Shown piece by piece: positions 19,632 to 25,872 of a stretch of DNA of 29,078 bases. This DNA is from a virus (lineage: Duplodnaviria; Heunggongvirae; Uroviricota; Caudoviricetes): the IMG/VR virus record IMGVR_UViG_3300026549_002453; one strand, given 5' to 3'. The translations under genes and the position numbers were made by a program. Numbering within the stretch: the first letter of the stretch is position 1; each line of letters opens with the position of its first letter. A model generated the notes under the pieces. It did no database searches. It was not told the DNA's origin and was given only the letters and a program-made list of their open reading frames with translations.

Positions 19632-20081
19632 ATGATATACTTAGTTATAGGCAGCGAAGCCTACAGAGGCCGATTTTTTACTAGAACTATTATAGCTAGT
19701 GAGTTTACTGTTTATCCATCTTTCGACACTTACGATAATAAAGAAGAACTGTCAGCCTATATGGAGAGTCATCCTGGTAATTATGCCTTGGGGTGTTCTA
19801 CCGTATCTGAGGAATGGTTAACAGATAAACTTTTTAACTTGGTGGATGAAATAGTAGTTGAAAAGGGATATAAATTATCCGACCTAGAGAATAAGTTGGT
19901 AGGGTTAGATGAATCTATTTCCAAGGTGGAACCCATGATATGTGTATATAAAGAAGGTCAACCATTATACTACCACTTAAATGGAATTGCTCTAGGAGGC
20001 AAATACTATGACTCTCAGATTCACAGGTGGATAAAGTCACATAAGAAAGACATTAAAGAATTATTTTATGAGCAGTCTTAA
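19632..20081 (+). CDS. hypothetical protein
   Basis: ATG 19632 follows GGAGG, downstream of the promoter. Confidence 0.65.
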   Translation: MIYLVIGSEAYRGRFFTRTIIASEFTVYPSFDTYDNKEELSAYMESHPGNYALGCSTVSEEWLTDKLFNLVDEIVVEKGYKLSDLENKLVGLDESISKVEPMICVYKEGQPLYYHLNGIALGGKYYDSQIHRWIKSHKKDIKELFYEQS

Positions 20082-20664
20082 TATGAATAAATTTGATATG
20101 AATAAAATTGAATCTTTTTTAATATCTTCGCTGTTGTGCATAGTGGGAAAATCTGGAACTGGCAAAACAACTCTAGGTAAAGGATTGACCAAAGTATTTC
20201 CTTCACTAAAGGAGGTAGTGCCTTATACTACCAGACCTCGTAGGTCAGAGTCAGAAGATTGTTATGTATTTATCACAAAAGAAGAGTTTAATAACTTGCA
20301 ACCTTCTTTAGTAGAGTACACTTCATTCGGGGGCAATTACTACGGAGTAACAGAAGAAACCCTAGATACTCATCACATATATGTTATTGAACCTGAGAGT
20401 TTAGCGAGACTAAAGAAGAAGTATCATAATAAACCTATTATAACAGTTGGATTGGTTTGTGATGATGAGGTACTTAGAAATAGGTTCCTTCAAAGAGGCC
20501 AATCTGACCAAGATTACCTTAACAGAAAACTTACAGACGAACAAAAGTTTAGTGAAGGTTATCTTAACGATTGTGATATTGTTCTTAATGCAGAGGCATC
20601 AGAAGAAGACGTATTACAAGAGTGTATAAACAGCCTTGAAAATTTTACAAATGGTAGAAAGTGA
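20068..20664 (+). CDS. guanylate kinase-like nucleotide kinase
   Basis: P-loop GKSGTGKT, YTTRPRR, YVF, NYYG. Confidence 0.85.
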   Translation: MSSLNMNKFDMNKIESFLISSLLCIVGKSGTGKTTLGKGLTKVFPSLKEVVPYTTRPRRSESEDCYVFITKEEFNNLQPSLVEYTSFGGNYYGVTEETLDTHHIYVIEPESLARLKKKYHNKPIITVGLVCDDEVLRNRFLQRGQSDQDYLNRKLTDEQKFSEGYLNDCDIVLNAEASEEDVLQECINSLENFTNGRK

Positions 20665-21053
20665 GGATATTCAATGGTATGTTAACACTTGAACAATTTG
20701 AAAAATATATAACCTTGATAAAAAGAGAAGAAGAGTATTGTCATAAGAAATGCGCATTAGCAAGAGAATATGATGATATAGATATGAGGTACCCTCCCTC
20801 TAATAATCTTCTCACCTCCATGGTTGAGTTATTAAGTTATGCTATGGAGTTAAAAGATTATAAGTTACTTTCATGGTGGATATGGGAAGCAGAGTGCGGT
20901 AAAAAAGAGGACTTTGCAAAATCTGTAGAAGATAGAAATTTTCCTATAAAATCTGATTTCTATAATCCTGATTTAACAACCATTGAGGGGTTATATAAAT
21001 ATATTGTAGCCTGTTCTAATAATAAAAAATATTATGATATAAAACACAAGTAG
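20661..21053 (+). CDS. hypothetical phage protein
   Basis: GTGA overlap with the kinase gene; WWIWE..CG pattern. Confidence 0.6.
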   Translation: MRIFNGMLTLEQFEKYITLIKREEEYCHKKCALAREYDDIDMRYPPSNNLLTSMVELLSYAMELKDYKLLSWWIWEAECGKKEDFAKSVEDRNFPIKSDFYNPDLTTIEGLYKYIVACSNNKKYYDIKHK

Positions 21054-21056
21054 GTA

Positions 21057-21085
21057 TTTACAAATTTTTTGAGATAGTTTATAAT
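21057..21085 (+). promoter_or_regulatory. sigmaA/sigma70-type promoter for the RNA/tRNA cluster
   Basis: TTTACA-17 bp-TATAAT. Confidence 0.8.
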
Positions 21086-21109
21086 TATATTTAATAATAA
21101 GAAAAAAGA

Positions 21110-21255
21110 ATTAGTGCTCTTTGCCCAAGAGGGTTAAATGACTAATGTGGCGGTTAGTAACAGCTAAATCATAGCGAACCTCCTTTCGCAGATATAATGG
21201 TTTATGGGGTTTGGTAATATTACCTGGATAACTATTCTTAGAATGTTAGTCCCCA
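21110..21255 (+). ncRNA. putative structured ncRNA(s) upstream of the tRNAs
   Basis: Hairpins CTCTT/AAGAG, ACTAAT/GTTAGT and GCGAA/TTCGC, plus a three-way junction closed by TGGGG/CCCCA; no ORF. Confidence 0.45.
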
Positions 21256-21293
21256 CAGAAAAGTATAAGTTCTGAAAAATCCCATCATAATAT

Positions 21294-21366
21294 GCAGTTA
21301 TAGTTTAATGGAAAATGTCGCTTTCCCAGGGACGGATGCAAGTATCAAACCTTGCTGACTGCTCCA
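21294..21366 (+). tRNA. tRNA-Gly (TCC, possibly CCC), degenerate
   Basis: Acceptor GCAGTTA/TGACTGC, discriminator T plus CCA, D loop AATGG, anticodon arm GTCGC-TTTCCCA-GGGAC with a G-G mismatch, 8-nt T loop TATCAAAC. Confidence 0.65.
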
Positions 21367-21369
21367 TAC

Positions 21370-21459
21370 GGAGAATTACTCAAGAGGCTAAAGAGGACGG
21401 TTTGCTAAACCGTTAGAACTATACTGGTTGCGTAGGTTCGAATCCTACATTCTCCGCCA
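21370..21459 (+). tRNA. tRNA-Ser (GCT)
   Basis: GGAGAAT/ATTCTCC acceptor, ACGGT-TTGCTAA-ACCGT anticodon arm, long variable arm, GTAGG-TTCGAAT-CCTAC T arm, GCCA end. Confidence 0.95.
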
Positions 21460-21641
21460 GAATGATAATTATATTTAATAATAAGAAGTTGAAGAATTAA
21501 ATTGTTATTTCTTTTCATTATATAGTTTTTTACTTATCACCTCGGTAAAAAGCATATAACTTATTACAAACTTAGATAGGTTCTTTGTAAAATAACATCC
21601 TATCAAAATAATTTATCAAGTTAAAGAAAGGATTAAACAAA

Positions 21642-22076
21642 ATGAAAGTAGTAAACACAAATGTATGGATTGGAATTGGAAGAATTGGACAAGACCTTGA
21701 ACTTAAGGAAACTAAGAATGGACAAAAACAAGTAATGTTCTCTCTTGCAGTAAATGAAGATTATACTGATAAGAATGGAAAAGAACAAAAGCTTTGTAAC
21801 TGGGTACCTTGCGTGGCTTACGGGGCTCAGGCAGAAAATCTTAGTAAATATAAGAAAAAGGGAGACCTCATTCTTGTAGAAGGTGCTATTACTGTTCGTG
21901 AGGGTGAAGATAAGAATGGTAATAAAAGAAACTTCGTTAATGTAAGAGTGAAGAATACTGAATGGTTGCCTAGTGGAAGTAATACTACATCCTCGGATAC
22001 TTCACAAGATAATCAGTCTAATGAAACCAGTGACAATTATGAACCATACGCAGCACTAGACGAAGATATATTCTAA
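21642..22076 (+). CDS. ssb: single-stranded DNA-binding protein
   Basis: IGRIGQDLELK, FSLAV, WVPCVAYG.QAE, KKGDLILVEG; acidic tail ending DEDIF. Confidence 0.92.
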   Translation: MKVVNTNVWIGIGRIGQDLELKETKNGQKQVMFSLAVNEDYTDKNGKEQKLCNWVPCVAYGAQAENLSKYKKKGDLILVEGAITVREGEDKNGNKRNFVNVRVKNTEWLPSGSNTTSSDTSQDNQSNETSDNYEPYAALDEDIF

Positions 22077-22129
22077 TTTCCAAAATAAAATAACTTAGTC
22101 ACGTGGAAATTTAGAGATATAAAATTGGG

Positions 22130-22209
22130 CCCGACACTGTAAGTAGTGGGAGTCATTCGTTTACTCAGTATAGGTGGATGATTCGGGATTGTGTGAGGGT
22201 AACACACAA
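22130..22209 (+). ncRNA. putative structured RNA
   Basis: Stems CACT/AGTG, GAGTCATTCG/TGGATGATTC and TTGTGTG/CACACAA. Confidence 0.4.
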
Positions 22210-22214
22210 CTTTA

Positions 22215-22291
22215 GTGATTCTAACTGCAATTTTACAAGATAACAGTACAAATTTTCTTAGAATTTGAATAAGACCGGAGATAGAATCATG
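22215..22291 (+). ncRNA. ACWGCAA stem-motif RNA, copy A
   Basis: GTGATTC-TA-ACTGCAA...GAATCATG. Confidence 0.6.
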
Positions 22292-22295
22292 TAAT

Positions 22296-22456
22296 AAGAA
22301 TTAAATAATAGAATTGCTCATATATTGGTCTATATGGAAGATATTAATCCATAGAATTTCCTCCTATAGTAACAAACACAGAAATAATTGATACTAATAA
22401 AGAGGTAACGTCAACAGGTAAATAGGTCATAGATATAAGTACTATATTTAATTCTT
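22296..22456 (+). ncRNA. putative rod-like ncRNA containing an anti-SD tract
   Basis: 12-bp closing stem AAGAATTAAATA/TATTTAATTCTT, inner stems TGCT/AGTA and TGGTCTAT/ATAGGTCA, CCTCCT in the central loop. Confidence 0.45.
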
Positions 22457-22459
22457 CTT

Positions 22460-22583
22460 TTAGAACTACTCGGCGGTTTAGCTTAAGTCTTTCAACTGCT
22501 TGGGTGGTGAACAGCAATTACTAAAGCACTAACATCGTAAGTTAGAGATGAGAGTTTGAGTCCTTGTTCACTAGTAGTTCTAA
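22460..22583 (+). ncRNA. tRNA-like RNA nested in a closing stem (ACAGCAA variant)
   Basis: 11-bp stem TTAGAACTACT/AGTAGTTCTAA; inner GGTGAAC/GTTCACT, arm CTAAC-ATCGTAA-GTTAG, degenerate T loop TTTGAGT. Confidence 0.5.
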
Positions 22584-22588
22584 TTTTT

Positions 22589-22665
22589 CGGAATGTGGCG
22601 CAGTTTGGTAGCGCAACTGCTTTGGGAGCAGTGGGTCGCAGGTTCGAATCCTGCTATTCCGACCA
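22589..22665 (+). tRNA. tRNA-Pro (TGG)
   Basis: CGGAATG/TATTCCG acceptor, GCGC D stem, ACTGC-TTTGGGA-GCAGT, GCAGG-TTCGAAT-CCTGC, ACCA end. Confidence 0.96.
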
Positions 22666-22811
22666 TCGCCCTCAAACGTGCGAAAAAGAATGCCCTCTAC
22701 AATCTGTGGATTGGTATAACACTGTAGGATGCGTCCTATAAGATTGGGAGATTATTAGTTTCTCGTGAAAGCTCGCTCTTTACGGAGAGAATGAGAAAGG
22801 CAAAGGTTTAT

Positions 22812-22885
22812 GGATTCTTAGTTCAATGGTAGAACATGCGGCTGTTAACCGTAGAACGAAAGTTCGACTCTTTCAGAATCCGCCA
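22812..22885 (+). tRNA. tRNA-Asn (GTT)
   Basis: GGATTCT/AGAATCC acceptor, GTTC/GAAC D stem, TGCGG-CTGTTAA-CCGTA, GAAAG-TTCGACT-CTTTC, GCCA end. Confidence 0.94.
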
Positions 22886-23296
22886 TACTGAAAAAGAAAG
22901 ATTAGGGTTGAAAGTAGCCCTACATTCTAGATATCATTTCTTTTTCGGTTGTATATTAATTCCAATGCAACTTAATAGATATAGTGCACTTTGTTTATTA
23001 AGAGAAGTTCACCTTGATGCACCAAGGCTATCTAAGGCGTAGGATAGATAGAACAGTACCCGTACATATGAATTCAAGAATTTCCCTATAACAAAATCGG
23101 GGAGGGATGCAAGAGAACTGAAGGAATTAGTGTAACATCATACGCAGTTACGTCACTGCGTCATATCCCACAATATGTGAGGAGAAATTAAATGAGTCGC
23201 GTTGATTAACCGCAAGTTCGCAATAGTTAATCTTTTGTCCGACAAGGACACTTCCTATACAGGAAGATAGGATATAGAGAATTCTATATCCTTCAT

Positions 23297-23409
23297 GGAG
23301 AATAAGCTAACAAAAATGATGCATGAAAGATGTAACATACACAAAGGATGTGCGGTAACAAACGACGGAGAAATTCGTCTGGCGAGTGGTTCGACTCCAC
23401 TATTCTCCT
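23297..23409 (+). ncRNA. tRNA-like RNA (acceptor + T arm, expanded non-canonical middle)
   Basis: GGAGAAT/ATTCTCC and AGTGG-TTCGACT-CCACT; about 80 nt between them with small hairpins; no encoded CCA. Confidence 0.65.
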
Positions 23410-23468
23410 TAGAGAGGTCCTGCTTTAGTGGACGATTCAGAAATTAGGCAGATATTTTTTCTGCCTAT

Positions 23469-23521
23469 GGGTTCAAGTTACAAGCCTCCTCGTGGCGAAC
23501 CTGGGTAGCTCTAATTGTAAC
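23469..23521 (+). ncRNA. minimal HDV-like (theta-type) self-cleaving ribozyme
   Basis: P1 GGGTTC/GAACCT (G1-U wobble), P2 GTTACAA/TTGTAAC, P3 GCC/GGC, L3 TCCTCGT, P1.1 CC/GG, J4/2 CTAA with the catalytic C at 23511. Confidence 0.85.
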
Positions 23522-23528
23522 AAGTAGT

Positions 23529-23585
23529 GTGATTTGTACAGCAAATACAAGAACAGATATGTAAGGGTAACATAATCAAATCATG
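23529..23585 (+). ncRNA. ACWGCAA stem-motif RNA, copy B
   Basis: GTGATTT-GT-ACAGCAA...AAATCATG. Confidence 0.65.
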
Positions 23586-23588
23586 GAT

Positions 23589-23677
23589 ATTTTCAAACTT
23601 CTATAGTGACTCAAACAGCAACTATTGCAAGTATTGATAAGGTTTAATGCAGAGTCATGCATAATAAGTTTGAAAAT
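23589..23677 (+). ncRNA. ACWGCAA stem-motif RNA, copy C (core 23606-23659) within a 12-bp outer stem
   Basis: GTGACTC-AA-ACAGCAA...GAGTCATG enclosed by ATTTTCAAACTT/AAGTTTGAAAAT, ending just before the RBS of the next gene. Confidence 0.65.
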
Positions 23678-23697
23678 GAAAGAAAGGAAAAAGAAAT

Positions 23698-25158
23698 ATG
23701 AAGTTTGAAGATGCAATTAAAAATGAAGTAAGAGAAACAGTTACAGAGAACGGTCAAAGAGCACTTAATTCTACAGGAAATAATTGTCTTGACTTTTTTG
23801 CTGTGGCAGGAGCTTTAAGACAGGCAGATAAGGATAGAATAACAAGATTGTTTGAAGATGCATATAATGAAGATGCTCTTCTTGCTACTAAGACATTGTT
23901 CTATCTTAGAGATGTTCGTGGGGGTCTCGGAGAAAGAGATACCTTTAGAACAATCTTAAATTACGCTGCCGATAATCATCCAGAAGCAGTAATTAAGAAT
24001 CTTAGACTTATTGCTGAATTTGGTCGTTGGGATGACTTATATTCTTTGGTTGGTACTTATCTTGAAGATGCTATGTGGGCTCTTGTTAAGGAACAGCTTG
24101 ATAAGGATATAACTAATATGTATGCTAAAAAGCCAGTATCTCTTCTTGCTAAGTGGTTAAAGACTGCTGATGCAAGCTCTGAAAATACAAGAAAGCAGGG
24201 CATAAATACAGCGATTAAACTTGGTTATAAAGTATATGATTATAAGAGAATAATTAAGGCTCTTAGAAAGTATATTGATGTAACTGAAGTTAAAATGTCT
24301 CAAAATAAGTGGGACGAAATAAACTATAGTGCAGTTCCTTCTAAGGCTATGACCAACTATAGAAATGCTTTCTATAGACATGATGAAGAAGGATTTAGAG
24401 ACTACACAAATAAGGTGGTTAGAGGAGAAGAAAAGATTAACGCTTCTACTCTGTATCCTTACGATATTATTGAGAAGTTCATATACTACAATATGAATGG
24501 TATCGATGATAATGAGAATAAAATTCTTAATGCACAATGGAATGCTCTTCCTAACTATGTAGAAGAAGGTAATGTTATCGTTATGGCAGATACTTCTGGC
24601 TCTATGACAGGCAGACCTCTTAATACTGCTATTTCTTTAGCTATCTATTTTGCCCAGAGAAATACAGGTGCTTATCATAATTTGTGGATGAGTTTCAGCA
24701 GAAACCCTAAGTTCCACAAGATTAAAGGTAAAGGACTTGAGCAGATTATTAAAAGCATTGACTATAGGGATTGGGAAATGAACACTGATTTAAATAAGGC
24801 TATGGAAAAGATATTGGAAGTAGCTATAAAAAATCATGTGGCTCCAGAAGACCTTCCTAAATCACTTGTAGTTATTTCTGATATGGAAATCGATGCTTGT
24901 ACAGGTGAACTTTTCCATGACCATCTTGTAGAAATGTATGAAAAGGCTGGATATGTACTACCAAATATTATATTCTGGAATGTACAGTCTAGACACGATA
25001 CTTTACACGCAGATGCAAAGAGAAGAGGGGTACAGCTTGTATCTGGAAGTTCTCCTTCTGTATTTGCACATACGATGAAGATAATTGACATGACTCCAGT
25101 AGAAGCCATGCTTGAAATATTAAATAGCGAAAGATACAGTTGTATTGAAGTCGCTTAA
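23698..25158 (+). CDS. DUF2828-family protein (TROVE/Ro60-like helical domain + vWA/MIDAS domain)
   Basis: TENG..AL.STG..CLDFF, FYLRDVRGGLGER, FGRWDDL, LLAKWL, VPSKAM, INASTLYPYDI, MIDAS ADTSGSM, ISDMEID, IIFWN, VSGSSP. Confidence 0.88.
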   Translation: MKFEDAIKNEVRETVTENGQRALNSTGNNCLDFFAVAGALRQADKDRITRLFEDAYNEDALLATKTLFYLRDVRGGLGERDTFRTILNYAADNHPEAVIKNLRLIAEFGRWDDLYSLVGTYLEDAMWALVKEQLDKDITNMYAKKPVSLLAKWLKTADASSENTRKQGINTAIKLGYKVYDYKRIIKALRKYIDVTEVKMSQNKWDEINYSAVPSKAMTNYRNAFYRHDEEGFRDYTNKVVRGEEKINASTLYPYDIIEKFIYYNMNGIDDNENKILNAQWNALPNYVEEGNVIVMADTSGSMTGRPLNTAISLAIYFAQRNTGAYHNLWMSFSRNPKFHKIKGKGLEQIIKSIDYRDWEMNTDLNKAMEKILEVAIKNHVAPEDLPKSLVVISDMEIDACTGELFHDHLVEMYEKAGYVLPNIIFWNVQSRHDTLHADAKRRGVQLVSGSSPSVFAHTMKIIDMTPVEAMLEILNSERYSCIEVA

Positions 25159-25176
25159 TTTGGTATAGTAATTTAT

Positions 25177-25212
25177 GGGATACATGGCGTTTGCTGTGTA
25201 TCCCTTTTATTT
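25177..25212 (+). terminator. Rho-independent terminator
   Basis: GGGATACATGGC-GTTT-GCTGTGTATCCC followed by TTTTATTT. Confidence 0.88.
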
Positions 25213-25224
25213 AAAAGAAAAAAG

Positions 25225-25692
25225 ATGAAAACCGCAATTAAAACAATTATAATTATTTTGTTAATAGGAATTATTATAGCAATAGGATTTGTAACTTATC
25301 TTAAGTTTATTCCTTTTGATATAGATAGTATAACTGTAGAAGATTCAATTCCTTGTGATGCAATATTTCCTTATGAGGAAAGTAATAAAATAAACGCTTT
25401 TTGTCAAGATGAAAATTCAGTACTATCTTATAAAGTATCACTATATGAGAATAAAACACTTATAGATACATTAGTATTAAAGAAAGCATGTAGAAGAGCA
25501 TATGAAGATTATGGAATATCTAATGAAGTAGATGATTTCTACAAAGGAAAATTTGAAGTAATTGCAGAGGATTTTAAGGTCAAATGTATATACTTTGATA
25601 AGGTTATAGTAATTATAAAAGCAGGAAATACTGCTTGGGAATATTTTTTAGAGGATGAGGTAAATAAGATAGAAGAAAAAATAGGAGTGTGA
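25225..25692 (+). CDS. membrane-anchored hypothetical protein
   Basis: N-terminal TM helix; 155 aa. Confidence 0.65.
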   Translation: MKTAIKTIIIILLIGIIIAIGFVTYLKFIPFDIDSITVEDSIPCDAIFPYEESNKINAFCQDENSVLSYKVSLYENKTLIDTLVLKKACRRAYEDYGISNEVDDFYKGKFEVIAEDFKVKCIYFDKVIVIIKAGNTAWEYFLEDEVNKIEEKIGV

Positions 25693-25697
25693 TACTT

Positions 25698-25862
25698 GTG
25701 AAAAAATGTCCTATATGCAAAAGAACAATGAATAGAAATATGGTATATAACTACGGGACTCCACTTATAACCTTCAGGTGTAAGTGCGGTTATGAGGAAG
25801 GAAAATTGTTTAATGGACAACAAGAGAATAAATCACATTTTCGAAGAAAGATGAAAAAGTAA
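25698..25862 (+). CDS. small zinc-ribbon protein (not in the ORF track)
   Basis: GTG start after GGAG; MKKCPICKRTM...FRCKCGYEE..., 54 aa. Confidence 0.6.
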   Translation: MKKCPICKRTMNRNMVYNYGTPLITFRCKCGYEEGKLFNGQQENKSHFRRKMKK

Positions 25863-25872
25863 GGAGGAAGTA

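Larger units (their letters stand above)
21081..21487. repeat. 23-bp direct repeat pair (21081-21103 and 21465-21487)
   Basis: ATAATTATATTTAATAATAAGAA, identical at both positions. Confidence 0.85.

Noticed and set aside
19445-20629. Alternative-frame + strand ORFs 19445..19684 and 20447..20629
   Set aside because: They overlap the HNH gene, a promoter and the kinase gene, and have no convincing RBS.
21110-21160. Assignment to pistol ribozyme or cobalamin riboswitch
   Set aside because: Only the TTAAAT linker or GCCC..AGGGTTAA resembles them; the remaining conserved cores are absent.
22556-23042. ORFs 22556..22741 and 22836..23042
   Set aside because: They overlap well-formed tRNA-Pro and tRNA-Asn and hairpin-rich RNA, have no RBS and show no protein-like features.
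23236-23250. GTCCGA as a metazoan-type Y RNA Ro-binding site
   Set aside because: A six-base match in a small hairpin, without the bulged-helix partner strand; likely chance.
23297-23409. tmRNA
   Set aside because: Only 113 nt, with no G3-U70 alanine determinant and no tag reading frame.
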